Counted from the first letter of the stretch, positions 26,255 to 39,836 are shown. The stretch is 64,000 nt of DNA from Nitrosopumilaceae archaeon (GCA_965207375.1 CBDBMG010000003.1:832001-896000), one strand, 5' to 3'. A program made the numbers and translations. The notes: generated by a model from the sequence alone, not told the origin.

Positions 26255-26690
26255 GTCTAGCCTTACTAAATCGTCGAATGCCTTTTCAATTGGCTTTGCT
26301 AGTGCTACCAGGTTCCTGATCAGCTGATAGGTTGACGATCCTACCACGCTTAATAGGATTGCACGCTTTTTAGCTGCTGCGTCCACGTCATTTGCAGTAA
26401 AGTACTCCTGTAGTCTTTCACTGTAAGATGTCCAGTCTTCCTTTTGAGGATCATATTCTCCAATGGTTCCGTGATTAGCCATAGTTATTCGTTTATCCTT
26501 GTCGCCAGTGTAATATTTGCTGCGATATCTACTACAGATTTATGAACTGAACTATATAAGAAAACTCTAGCTATTTATACTGAAGGTATACAAAGGCACA
26601 ATAAATGAATAGTATAATGGAAAGTATAAAAAGGAATATGGCCTATAGCTAGACTATTAAACTGCAGTATGTTAAATCATTCATTTACAA
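26255..26690 (-). mobile_element. Gypsy 5' fragment: LTR remnant, PBS and gag N-terminus (LTR differs from 9646)
   Basis: PBS tggcgacaaggat (tRNA-Ser type) next to LTR end ..attaca at 26509; gag MANHGTIGEYDPQKEDWTSYSERL..RAILLSVVG. Confidence 0.85.
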
Positions 26691-26739
26691 TAACCTAAAG
26701 TACTCTACTTAGAAATGACCTACGTAACTACTTATCTAT

Positions 26740-28357
26740 AACAATGTTCATTGTTCAGTATTCTATTTATTACAATACACTTCTGAACAAAAAGTTCAAA
26801 ATAGGCTTTAAATATGTTTCTTCAAAGAAAATCCGTTGCCGTAAAATGCTACCTTGCCTCCACAAAACAAAATCGCAATACTTTGTATTTGTTAACAACA
26901 TCTGCAACTGAACTTGACAGAAGTAAGATGCTCTTTTTTCAGAATCAATGTTACTTTATCCAAACACAATGAAGGATCCAGTGCTTTTTCTTCAAATTTC
27001 ATATTCCAGCATGAATATAGGCATTTAATTTCCAAAGTTTCATGGTCACAACACATACACTGCACAAGGCCAGCAGAAGATGCTCCTAAAAATGGCAACT
27101 CTCGGCTTACAGCCCTACTTTACATAATTTAAACGAGTGATGGTCAATTATCATGATTTCTTCATAAAGCTTTCTTGCTCCATCTTCATGCTGGCAGCCA
27201 TATTGGCATGCCTTACCAGCAAAAACACTTGATTCTGGATAGCATACAGATTTTAGCAAGGATACCAGTGGTTTGTGCAACTTTGTTCGTGTAGCTTAGA
27301 AGCGGTGACACGCCCAGCTCGTTGCTAAAACCACAGCTTCGATTTGGATTGGCTTCTTGTGTGGAGCTCTATTGCACAGGTTTGTTCTTCTGTAATGGTG
27401 TCACCACATCAGAAGCTTCATTCTCAAACTTTTTATCAAACAATGAAGTTAGCAATGATGGCAGTACTCCTTTGATGTACAAAGGTACATAAGCATCACT
27501 GTATGGCTCGACTAAAGAAAGAAAAACTGGCTTATGCTTGAATTTACTAAGTTGTAAATAATAATCACTTATTTGGGCTTCAGTTGGTTTCAAAACATGT
27601 CGAACCGAGGAGTGAGGATTATCATCAAGTGCTACTTTTTGTTTTTGCTGTGGAGTCCTAAAATCTATTTTACTCACAGGTAAAAATTCCACAGTACAAA
27701 AAGAAGGAGGTAGCCAATTGCATGGCAATGATGTATAAGAGAGGTTTTGCTTAGCCTGAGTGTTGGCCTCCACTAAAAAACTAACAGCTGCGGTGTTTGA
27801 ACAAACCTCTCCAATCCCAGCCATGTATGTACAGTGTGCACTTATTGCTTCTCCATCTAATTTGAGGGCCACCCAGACTTTCAAAAGTGTAGCTGAAAGT
27901 GTCTAAGAATGTTTAACTTGTGCTACAGCTACACATTTGGCACTCTGTTCAATTTTCACCACCTTGACTCCGCTATTCCACCCATTACAAAAAGATTGTA
28001 ACCGACTTTTGTATGATTTAAGCATCTCATGGGTGTACTTACTTGGTGTCTGAATCAAGTGGTTATAAATGTCCACGTAGGTGACACTCGGCCAGTTAAG
28101 CCACTCCATTTCTGCATTGTAGTTCCCGATTTTATCCCGGGTTTTTTCTTTGCCACCCCTCTGAAGTAAACAAAACGGGTCGGCAGTGGCTTGAAGCTGT
28201 GCAACTTTATCCTGGTAACATTTCTTGCCAGCTTCATCGCTAAGTTCTGTCAAATATTGTGATGGCACGAATCCACTCATCAGTTCATCAATCCACCCAA
28301 AATGATGGCATAAAATTTTCACGTGATGTGGGCAACGCCCCCTGCAAGTCCTCTATA
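26740..28357 (-). mobile_element. Relic with SWIM-finger + YqaJ/lambda-exonuclease gene (ISL2EU/Kolobok-type accessory gene); one probable terminus at 28357
   Basis: WPSVTYVDIYNHL; AHCTYMAGIGEVCS (SWIM); QSKSKLWF..RAGRVTAS; PFLGAS..LEIKC (YqaJ). Confidence 0.7.
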
Positions 28358-28593
28358 CAACCGACAATAGAAAAATACAAAATCAGACTGTCATCAAACA
28401 TGCATGCTACAAGTAAATTCTTAACATCTATTATAAAAAGTTGTCTATCCCCTCTATTAAGGATTTAATTTGTCAGTTTAGCATCAATTGTTGGTGTACA
28501 TATCAAAAAATATTCCGTAAAAATGAAAGTAAATATTTCCATATATCTTTACAAATGAATACAGCTTTATTCCGTACACTTATTAATTTGAAA

Positions 28594-29380
28594 ATGTCTG
28601 GAAGACCGAAGCATTCGGTTAGCAGGCTAAATTATTCTGAATTGGCAGATATTAAAATTCCAAGAAGATCTCTAAGTACCAAAGTAAACGAGACTACTTT
28701 GCCTAAATCTTCAACACTTTACCAATTAAAGATTCTAGAGCGTGATGAAGAAAACAAGCGAGTAAAAGTGAGGTATATTGGGTACAGTAGGAAGTATGAT
28801 GAATGGAGAAAGGCAGATGATATTGTTGATTTAAATGAGAACGATAGTAGTTTGGATGAAGGAGCTTCGTTGTTGCTAGGCAGGCACCAGCTACGTATCT
28901 AAGTTTTGTCTATTTGAGGAATTAGCGTGCCAAATAAAATCATCATTGGTCTCTAATAGAAAGGCTGATCCTGTTTGCTCTATCGTCATGAGCTTTGATA
29001 GTTTACACTTTGAAGCTCTCATTCGACGAGGTGCTAGAAATGGAACAAAAGGCAAATGTGAAGTCTATGGTTTGTCATCACTGTCTAAGTTAGACGATTT
29101 GTTGGGAGAGAGATGGTATATGAGGGGGCTAAATTCAGCTGGAGATTTCTGCTATATTGAACCAGGTACTGTGAAGTTTTATTTAAAGTGCCAACGCCAA
29201 AAAATTAATTTCCAACTACAAGATGATGACACTATGAAGACACAATATTTTGGCAGTAGATGTCATTTAGTGTTCCAATTTGTAAGAAGTAATGGAACCT
29301 TAGCACAGTGGAATAGTATCCTCCGCTCATGCTACAGTCAACTTTTATACAGCGTATATTATATGTACTGTGCATTATAA
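28594..29380 (+). pseudogene. Chromo-barrel/Tudor-knot-like protein, one frameshift near 28900
   Basis: KILERDEENKRVKVRYIGYSRKYDEWRKADDI resembles chromo-barrel (V.Y.GW...YDEW); continues FEELACQIKSSL..LLGERWYMRGLNSAGDFCYI. Confidence 0.65.
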
Positions 29381-29389
29381 CACTATAGC

Positions 29390-32300
29390 CTACATATTCA
29401 TTGTGGGGCATGTTCTCTTGTTGTGGCCTATTGTCTTGCAAGTAGAACATATGTGTGTGTGCTTAATTGTAAAATGTTGTTGATCAGTCAGCTCTTCCAA
29501 ACGGTTCAATTTAAGCATGATTTGTCTTAATGCTTCCTCACTCCTGTGATTTGTGCTCTTGAAGTAATCTTTTGTAATATCATCATTTAATTTTTCTACG
29601 CCTTGTTGGGAGAATTTAGCAAGACTTCCAACATCCCTTAAAAGTTTTGGTACATGTGCAACCAACACATGCATATAAGGGGTAACATTCTTTGTTTGAT
29701 ATAGGGATTTAAATAGAGTTATCCAACTTGTAGTTTTTTTCGTAAAATCTTCGATTTCTTGTTCATCCATGTTTTTGTTTGACCATAGAAGTTCATATAT
29801 ATTTTTGAACATGTCCCAAAGTGTTTGAACATCTCTTGCATTTCTTAAACTGGGAAAAAGTTTAGGAATATTAATTGATTTGAATAGCTTTAATTTTCAG
29901 GTCCAGTTAAGTCTCTCCATTTTAAGGTTCTTGATTCTTGGTCCATGTACATGTCAAAGGGGATTTTGCAGCAGTCATTTAAGTATGTGATATATGTATT
30001 AAGGTGTTTTGCTGTAGTTTGATTAAATTCATTTTTTTTCAATTTTTCAATTCCGTCCATTCTTCTTAACTCAAGAATTAGTGAGTTGGTTAGTATGTTA
30101 CTAATCCTTAGGAACAAATGTAATATGTCGGGTATTACTTGATTAATCGGTATAGATGGAAACAGTGGTTGATGTATACAACCATACTTTTCTGTATTTT
30201 TCCCTATGGCAAGACGTTGAATTTCTTCAACTGTTCTTCCACCATCTTCAACAGAACACCATGATTTAGAAATATCGTGCCTTTGTTTTGCTGGACACTT
30301 ACACCATATACAAGAGTATTTAGCATGTGCAGCTTGTATGCCCAGACAGATTGCTAAGTATTTCATATCTGCACCTAAGAAAAATTGAATGTTAAATTTT
30401 TGGCCATCAATAGTGATTGATTGTATTGATTGTATTTCATTAGCAATGTCCTTTACTGCTTCTGACAAGTATTCATATTTTTCCTGGGAATTGAGCATAG
30501 CAATAGTGTGGTTCCCGCTAGGTGAATTGGGGTTTTCGTTACCATTACTAGAACATGCATACTGCGGCTAACCTGTGTGCCGTCACCAGTTATTTTCACC
30601 TTTACAGATGATTTCTTTGAAGGCTTGGATTTATTTTCACCATGTGTTCCAGTCGTACTGTAAGGCGGTACGGTACAGCTCGATTTAAACTTGAAGCACG
30701 CGTGCGGGTGACACGCATGTATTTCGTAGCTCATCTCAAGTATTTTTCAAATTCGTGCGTGTCTGTAGACAACTGCACGAGAATTTCGCGAGCCATACAC
30801 GCACGTATGACGTCGCCTAACATGCTCGCGTACGTACGTGCATGGACGCACGTTACAATCCACGCACATTCACTAAGGAATTTTGATCGCCACCAGTAAC
30901 TCTGTTCAGTGTGCAAGCGCACGAGACGACAATCCTAACGTGCACGTTCGTCAAACTTACATGCATGGTTTAAAGATGGTCCATTCATGATGGATTGCGT
31001 GCAATAACTTTATTCTCTTGTGGATATTCCATTTCTTCTGTTCGTAAAAGGCTCATAGACTGAGGGACAACAACTTCAACTGACACGTGTTACTTCACCA
31101 TTATTTAGAACCACCGATGCACGTGATGCGGACAGATGTAGGAGGGCGTGTGAAGTGTCCTTATTGATGCAGTTTAAGTTTCAGCCAGTTACAAAGTACG
31201 TACGTACGTCCATACGGTACGGCTTTATATTGTTTTATTGTTATCCCTAGTCGAGTAACAGGTTCATTCATGTTACGAGCTAAATGCACGCCGAGATACA
31301 CGAGTCTCGAGTGCATAACTCGTAACGAGTGTTGTTACTCTCCACGGGCGGTTTATACGTCATTAATCTCCAGTGCGCTCGCGAGCACGTAGCGAATATT
31401 TCTATGCTCGTGCAGTGCGCGTGCAGTTGCACATGCGTGTGTTCTTAAAGTTTAAATCGAGCTGTACCGTATTTAAGTGATTGCTGTATTCCTAGAATTG
31501 GCCCTGGTGTAGGACAAATGGTACTATTACAGTCCATTTCTTTGGATGTTTTATTTAAGGTTAACCAGCGTGGTAATGATGGATGGACTATAGATAGTTC
31601 ATGATATGCTTTGTCAGAAATATTGAACCTTTCCTTTACATATAAGGTTTGTTTAGTGATAGTATTATTATTTTCTGATGTACGTTGTGGTTTTATTAAT
31701 GTAATTGAGCCATCTTGGTGTATTGATAACATTTCGTTAGTCTCGATATTTCTCATTTCTACGTTTGATGGTTGAAAATGGGTATTTTCTGTAAATTTTA
31801 GTGATATGCATACATTGCTTGCTATCTGCTTTTTCTGTTGACTCTTGTATTGTGTACTGTATTGTGACCAAGATTTATTATGCTTAGTTACCTTGGGACC
31901 AAGTGATGTAGCAAGTTGTTTGTGTTTTTCCTGTGCTTTCTGTAGCTTTATGTTGGCATCCTTTATAATAATTGCTGACAGTTTCCTAAATCTTCTTGTA
32001 GTCGTCCAATTTTCTTTGCTTGAGCTTGTACAAAAAAAATTTCTACTTTCTGTTTTTTTGTCCTGGGTACAATTTCATTTGGATGTAGTATAAGTGACCG
32101 GTTTGTTTCCTTCCAGTTTTCAATTTGGTTAGCCCTTCCCCGTCCACCTAGCTTGTGCATAGTTCTTCCCATTCTCAACAGTTTATTGGTAAACAAGGAT
32201 CTGAAACGATCACTAATAACAACATCGCATTTGCAGTGGTTAAAGGTCTTGCATATAACCTTTTCAACTAACAACTGATTGTGTGACAATGATCCTGGTG

Positions 32301-32400
32301 CTTCAATATTTACTTCATCCGATAGATCTAATTGTGGCACACCATACTTGGTTGGATGACTGATGTTGTACAGAAAATAACTAAGCAATTTTAGTGAACA
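29390..32400 (-). pseudogene. RAG1/Transib/Chapaev-like DDE transposase, decayed, split by a MITE
   Basis: KVKITGDGT; FLGADMKYL; CIWC; PDILHLFLR; VTPYMHVLVAH; SQQGVEKLN; C-terminal CxxCxxxGHxxxxC. Confidence 0.75.
30671..31469. mobile_element. Non-autonomous TA-target element (799 bp)
   Basis: TIRs cggtacagctcgatttaaactt / aagtttaaatcgagctgtaccg flanked by TA; removal restores SLKY-RLTVRLEHM frame. Confidence 0.92.
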
Positions 32401-33299
32401 GGTGTATGGTTGTTAATTTATTTTTTGTAACACATTGTATTACCATTTGTTAACGTTTGTCACAGTACATGCCACAAACCACGAAAACATAACTGCAAGC
32501 CATACAACCTTTGTTATGCTAATTAATTACTTCCTGGTTACTAACTTGTTTATTTCCAGCGAACATACTTCGTTACCAGCGGATAATGCAGCCATTGAAG
32601 ACAAGAAACAAGCGACAAGACAAGAAACTTTAGGTGAATCACCATTAGCAACGTGTTCTAGGTTTTGGCGGCTATTTTGGCTGTGATTTTAAGCACATCT
32701 ATGAAACTATTGTAATTTAATATCAACAAAGATTATATTTCCAAGCGATATTTGTGTAATACACCTCAAGGTAACTATAAACACAACATTATAACTCTGC
32801 GGGCAAATCCCACAATACAATATGTATTGGGCATTTATATCCATAGCCGCACTTTGTTGTGGAATGGTGACTATAGCAAGGCTAGTGAGGCTACTTTGCT
32901 GACAATAAACAGTATAACAAAATGTTCATACTTCCGTTTCTAAGCGATATAGAAGTGTGCATTCTTTCTATGCGCTGTAATTAACGAAAATCTACAAGAC
33001 ATTCTTCCCGTAGGCGTAATATATTTTCCGTATTTTTGTGAGCGTGGTCATTCATTTGCTTTGTATTGAAATTTTCATGTACACTTTTTGAAATGAAATT
33101 TTACTTTATGCACTGCAATATGTGCAATAATATTGCACATGTAATAATTATTGCACATGTAATATTATTGCATGCTAACGATTCTGATTGGTGATAATAT
33201 TAAAGTATTGCCTAACCTTACTGTATATAGCTAAAGCCTGTAGCAACTACTAACATTAAATATCATACCTTGACATACTGAGCTACGTAGCTAGCTAAT

Positions 33300-34480
33300 T
33301 CACTTCACTTACACCAATATCCTCAAAAGCAATCCCACATCTTCTTCATTTACAACTGAAATCCTCTTGGCTCCAGCAAATAAAATTGGATGAGGTTTCT
33401 GTCCAAAACCCAATTTGTACAGAGAGTGCCCAGTAGTTTCATATACTTGAGTATTCATGAAATGGAAACCATAAGTAAAACGTATAATTTGTTAGTAATA
33501 TTACCATTGCTATACTTACGTATATTGTCAATGTTTCACCATTTAAAAACCATACAGTAATGTTAACTTTATCTTACAAATAACACGAGGTAACATCCTT
33601 GACCATCCTGTATCTTCTTGAGTGGCCAACTTCTGCTTGAGTGTTCAGTGTGCTCTCTCTACTCCTTGTGTTTGTGGATGTCAAGGTTGATCATGTATGA
33701 TTTTGTATATTGGTGTGCCATAATTCTATAAGGCACTCAATTATACTGTTAGCAAACTCCCTTCCATTATCTGAATGCAAAATTTTAGGCACACAAAAGT
33801 ATGGGAAGACGTATGTTCTAAAGACAGTAGCAATGGATTCTGCTTCTTTTGATGGAGGGGAAATACAAAGTTGAATTCTGTCCAGTAGTCAATGGCATGC
33901 AGAATCCACTTCTATTCTCCATCTGATAGGTGTCTCATATCAATTACAAAATAGAACTATGCATGCAGCAACAACCAGCATTCTCATGCGTTTTGACCTG
34001 AAGCCTTGAAAAGAAATTGTTTGATATGATAGGTTTCATGGGAACATGGTTAATACGTATGCTGTACCTTCTTCTTTTGAGAAAATGTCATACATGCTAA
34101 CGAAAGCTTCATCTGTTAGCTACTTCGTGGTATACCATAATATAAAGATGAAATCTACAAACACAAACTACAACAGAATATAGCCAGCTTATTACGCACA
34201 TTGCTATACCTTCTCAAACGTCTTCTTGTATCCAGCATGCAGCAGTTCATAACATGGTATCAAAAAATTTTCCACGACTACAACACGATTATACTGACTC
34301 ATCAATAAATTGTCCTGTACATTCTATAAAATAACCATGGTGTCATCAGTAGTGCATGAAATTATACAAAAGGGAGAGACAATTATAATCAGTCTGACAT
34401 TTGTCAACTATAACTGGGCTGTTTCAGTGGCACCCAAAGGTCATTAATTTTGATCTTTCAAATGTCCAAGCTCTTTTTTA
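33300..34480 (-). pseudogene. Intron-containing integrase-like (Ginger / SCAND3-KRBA2-type) transposase relic
   Basis: HAGYKKTFEK; IDMRHLSDG..WILHAIDYW; PKILHSDNGREF. Confidence 0.7.
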
Positions 34481-34818
34481 AAACTTTATTGATAGCTATT
34501 TATACTCCAGTAGCTATAGCTAGTGCTGTGTGTAATGCAACTATAGTGGCACTATAGTTACCCTATACATCACCCAGATATCCAATCACCTTAACTTGGC
34601 AAGATATCCATCTTAACTTGGCATGCAAGACATTGTATAAATGAAAGGTATAATGTACATATTTGATATAAATGTGTAAATTTGCCACAGTTCTATAACT
34701 ACTCTACCATTCTATAACTACTAACCACAGTTCTATAACTACCTCTTGACATTTTGTGGCACTTTATGGCATATAAAGAACTGTTGTACCTTTTGATCTG
34801 CCACACAAAATACAATAA

Positions 34819-35047
34819 GGCCACTCTAAATATATTTCCTGTTTCCTGTCCTCCATTGAACTATATATAAAAGCATGCAGGCGGGAGGTACATTTTCCAT
34901 TCCATTATTTTTTAGGTCATAAATAGTCCAAGAGATAGCTAAATCGATGTTGTTTTTTGAGAAAAACCATAGATAATGGAAGAATAGTGTTGACAGGAAA
35001 CAGATGTGGATGGTGAATGGGAAACAGGAAATATATTTGGAGTGGCC
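34819..35047. mobile_element. PIF/Harbinger (Tourist)-type MITE
   Basis: TIR ggccactcYaaatatatttcctgtttcc at both ends; flanks taa / tag. Confidence 0.85.
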
Positions 35048-35339
35048 TAGGTCTTATTACATTTTGCGTGGGCTGATCAAAGGTACAGCTAAGAGTTTCG
35101 ACTTAAAACAAGTTCTTACCACTACGTATTAAATCACCAAGAAACTAAGTTTAAAGCCAATTTAAACTTCAAAATTAACAAATTAACTATGCATGCCCTA
35201 GTGAGGAATCTATGCTCATGTTGTGACATCTCCACATACATAACGATAGTGATAGATAAACGGTATGTAAAGCCTGGTTTTTAGATGGTAAATATATCAA
35301 GTTGTTTTCCATCAAATTGTTTGGCCATGATTGATGTTT

Positions 35340-35490
35340 GTGTAAAGATATCGTTATCAGGACTGTAGCATCTTCCTTAGGCTATGATACTATCAAGGAG
35401 AAAACTAATTAAGAATTTTGTCGAGAGAAATGATGTTCTAGCAGTTTTTACCCACCGGATTTGGTAAAATGCTGTGTTTCGTCACCTAAA
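35340..35490 (+). pseudogene. RecQ-like helicase N-terminal fragment
   Basis: VASSLGYDTIKE..NFVERNDVLAV..PTGFGK.LCF (frameshifted). Confidence 0.5.
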
Positions 35491-36926
35491 AACAGTGGTT
35501 CCTTTACCAGTACTTATAGAAAACCTTCTTCCCTTATAGTCGTGCAAGTTCCTCATCAACACACAACTCTAAGAGGGTTAGAACATGAAGCAAAGCCTGG
35601 GATGGTTCGTTAGTTGTAATATGCTGAGATGGTTAGCTGCACTTGATACAAACATTATAGGGTTTTGATACAACTAAACAAGCAGCGATACAAGGTAGAA
35701 ACCAATCCTCATAAGTGTTTCTTTATATTCCTCAGTATATTCTCTGTTGCAACATACTCTCGAACATTTCTGCCTCACAAACATGGTGCATTACTACATA
35801 ACTGTTTAACATTAACTGTGACATACGTAAATGTGTACCTTCTATACTAGGCAGACCAGACTATGTGTGAATGGTTTGCACATGATTGTCATCAATCAAC
35901 AAGCCTTTATTAGCCTTTTTCAAAATGACATCACAAAACAAAATGTCGCTTCTTAGCTATTTGGGGAACTCTAATATATGTATTCGTTTGCATTTGTTGT
36001 ATTATGACATTATTTTTTGCCATGGAGAAATACATACGTATGTACTGAAGAACAAAATAAAAGATTTTCACTTAACAGGGAAAGAAAGTGAAGTACGCAG
36101 TTCCTATCAACGAAAACTGAGTGTATGGGTGGCGATAGAGAAACTGCATGTGCAGCGCGATAGTGTAGCTACTGCGGTTTGCGCAAACCTTTAAAAAGTT
36201 TTTATGAGCAGCACCAAGTGAGCAGCATGCTTGTTTAATATTTCAGAATATCAGCAGTCTATGATGGTTAACATAGGTGTATGTTCGTTTAGTTAACAGC
36301 TATAACTACCATATCACTGTACAGCAGCATCAACTTTGTTCTATACATTAACAAAATGATGAACGCAAATGCAAAATTTGAAAAGCGTCTGCAGTTTTTG
36401 CAAGGTGTGCAAACCGCTTTAATCACATAAACAACCGGAGTTTGAGAACTTTAAGAGATATTATAGCTGTCAGGACAACCAACAGAAGTAGTACTACTAT
36501 AGCTTTAGCTACTCACCATTTATTAGAACAGTTGTCAGCTTGTTTGTGGAGGCATAATTCCCTCATGGTTTTGCACCTCTTCAGTTTGTTGCCTGTCAGC
36601 CCTTTGTGGGAGTTGAGTCTTGAAGTAAACTCCCCTGCCCATGGTTTTTGCCACGCTAAACCATTTGGTATATAATTATTTAATTCAATTGAGTATTTTA
36701 TCAATGTTATTCCCTGGTGATTTTTGCCACTGTGAGCCACCAGGGGAATTTTAGTTATTTGCTAACAAGAATAGTCACATTGACAAGATGAATATGATAG
36801 AATTATGATCAATATGTAATGATGACAATATTTTGAGAAGTATTGAATTGTGATGAATTTGAATTCTATAAACAGATGAATTTGTGAAAATGATGATTAG
36901 CAAACAAACTAATATCTATATACGTA

Positions 36927-37176
36927 TGTGACTGGCTCTGCGAAAAACCTCCATGTTAGTGTATTTTACATAGCTTCATACAAACAGCTGTAAAATCCTG
37001 ATAGTTGCATTAATTTTTAATTGCTTTATATTTAACATGTAGCTGGATCATTTATCAATTAATATGCAAGTTTCTACAACATTACATGGAATAGTAAGAG
37101 AGTTATGAGATTTTAAAGTTCTAAAAATGGGTCAAAATTTGCACGCTAACATGGAGGATTCGCAGAGCCAGTCACA
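36927..37176. mobile_element. 250-bp MITE, TA-flanked
   Basis: TIR tgtgactggctctgcgaa at both ends. Confidence 0.88.
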
Positions 37177-37210
37177 TATATACCACTTTGTGTGGAAGGA
37201 TCAAAATATA

Positions 37211-37460
37211 TGCGACCGAGTCTGCGAATACAGGTCTTACATATCTGCACATCCAATTACACGTATTCAGTGAAACATAACTTCCCCTGTGAATGAGCTA
37301 CCAATCTGCAATTGCGCCACTTACTAGGATTTAGTCTGTCTTCTTCTAAATTCTTACGTACATCCATATGTACCACATCCACAGAGTGAGTTATGCATCT
37401 TTAAAGTCATAGAATTGGATATGCATGCAGATAAGACCTGTTTTCACAGACTCGGTCACA
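37211..37460. mobile_element. 250-bp MITE, TA-flanked, related family
   Basis: TIRs tgcgaccgagtctgcgaa / ttcacagactcggtcaca. Confidence 0.85.
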
Positions 37461-37479
37461 TATCTTACATATATTGACC

Positions 37480-38889
37480 TGCTGCCATATATGCATTCCA
37501 AGAGAACTATTTCAACAATATTAAGTTAATTAGGAAGCTGTTCAAGTTGAAGCAGCACGCCAGCAGTTCCTCTATAGCAACTGTGTACATCACTTTCTTT
37601 CCCTATAATTGAAAACAATGTCACAATACAATAATGCAAATCAATACAGAGTCCCCAGAGGAGGTTGGTCATGTGTCATAAAACTCACGTGACTTAATAC
37701 ACTGGATTCAACCTTTTCAACCCAAATTTTGCACATGTGCAGTATGTATATCAATACCACGATACTACCTGAATCTACAATGCAAAAGCATCCACGAGTA
37801 TTATCAAGTCCAAAGTTTACAACTCCAGCAAGAGCACAGAAACAAATGCCATTATGGAAGATTATGGAAGAGGAAATTGGAGAAACTGTTGATTCTAACT
37901 TATGAATATGATAAATCCTTGGATGAATCGTGTAGCAGTAATTGGAATATTGCTGAATACCCCTGAACACCGGCCACACTTGAACAAAGGAAGTTTGATG
38001 AAATTGAGGAAAATGCTATATATTATGTGGCTGGATATATCATTAGGAAACTAATTTGGAAGCATGAAAAAACAAGTGGGGCTTTTTGTTAATGCATTGT
38101 GGGACATGTTAGGTCTACGTACAAGTACTTACAATGATGAAATCAAGATTTGGATAAAGGCTCAAGATCATGGAGGATTGCAACATGTTTCTAATGATAC
38201 TTTTAACTGCTTTAAAGCTATTGAAGTAGTTACCTACCAGTAGGCTTGCGCCTAATATGCCGGCATAATTTGAGGAATAATAGGTACCATTTTATACGAG
38301 AATTATTCTGGAATAATAGGTCCTTAGTGAGCATAAAATTTATTAAACGATCGTCCGCCCACGCAATTAATTATAGCGCATATTGAAAATATTTCGTCTC
38401 CAATTCGGCAATAACTTTGTGTACTTTCTCAATGTTATAGGTACTTTCTATGCAAGGTCTTTAATTCTATAGCTGTGTAATCAATGGTTAGTTGATATAG
38501 CTGTTATTTTCTTACTATCAGAGCGGAATAATTTGGGAATAATAGGTGGTATTTTAAGAATAATAGGGAAACATTTTGAGAAGTTCTGGAAGGAATAATA
38601 GGTAAATTTTTGAGCATATTAGGCGCATCCCTACCTACCAGCTTATTGAAAGAGGATACAAAAAAGAGCAAATAATATCTGAAGCAAATTCTAACCCAAA
38701 CATCTTGTTTTTCTGGGAGTTAATTTCAGATTTAGAACAAGAAAAATCTATGATGTTTCTACAAGATGTAATAGAGTTATGGTTCACAGTAAGGGGATTC
38801 GCTGTAACAAATAGGCTGTTTAAAGAGTGCAAGAAAGCTTCAAAAAGCAACATCAAAGGCAAAAAGGTCTGAGGAAAGCTTTACAATAA
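37480..38889 (+). pseudogene. Accessory gene convergent with the P-element transposase
   Basis: DEIEENAIYYVAGYIIRKL..WIKAQDHGGLQHVS..CFKAIEVVTYQL..VIELWFTVRGFA..KGLRKALQ*; frame rejoins across MITE 38241-38633. Confidence 0.65.
38241..38633. mobile_element. hAT-type MITE (393 bp)
   Basis: TIRs taggcttgcgcctaatatgc / gcatattaggcgcatcccta; perfect 8-bp TSD CCTACCAG. Confidence 0.92.
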
Positions 38890-39836
38890 ATCACCAGTGT
38901 TGTACTATTGTGTAACTGGAGCATAACATTCAATTATATTTAGCTATACAAATTTTATGTGTCTGTTGCATCTACGTATGCTTTGGCAAAGGCCTACAAA
39001 GGGGTGACAATTGTAACTTACTTTTTGTTTACTTCCACCAAGTGCCAGGGACTTTTGTATAACTAGAGCTTGGTTATTTTCCATGAACTGAGCAACGGAT
39101 GGGTTATCATTACGCTGCCCCGTGGCTCTCTGCTGTTCAAAAAATATTTCTGAAGTATCTTGATTGAATCGCTCTGTCAAAATGTAGTTGGCCCTTTCAT
39201 GTGATAGCAGAAATTTGGTTGTCCATTTCAGGCAGAGTGTGTGCTGTGATATATACATATGTAATCAACTGTTGTTGTTTTCTCAAATTTGAAGCATACC
39301 ACAAATCCTAATTCCTTCAATACTCTGCTGAGGCAATGTACAATATGCCTTTTCTTCCTTAGGTATTGAGCTATCATCTGCAACTGGCTTCTTCCAATCT
39401 TCCAAGTACTGTAGTAAGGTAGTTTGTGGCCACTGAAAATAACATTGAATGTATCGACCATTTAATGAGCAAATAGCTATATAAATTACACACCTCTAAT
39501 CTTTCATCTCTACTTGAATAGAAAGGTTTCAAGTCAGGTTTTCTTTTTCAGTCTGCTTCTTCAATGGCACGAGTATTGAAAATATCAAAAAATTGTCAAA
39601 GATCCGACAAAACTTCTCTGTCTCAGTTGTGTTGGCTTGTATTCTTCTGAGTTCCCGCAGTGCTTGGAAACTATTAGCCACACTGCTACTAAGGACCTAA
39701 GTGTAGTCTTGTGTAAGATTATTAACAGAAACAACTAACCTGAACAGCTAAACAAACTGTCATCCTTGAGTATAAGTTAAAACTGTGTGCTCTCTAGTAA
39801 GCTTCCTTCCTATGGACAGACCTGTACTGCTACTAG

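Noticed and set aside
26255-26690. Missing 5' end of the Gypsy at 9646-13460
   Set aside because: LTR sequences differ beyond tgtaata, so they are separate elements.
28358-28520. Left TIR of the RAG1-like element
   Set aside because: Only weak aaaaata matches to the candidate right end; no CAC start or TSD.
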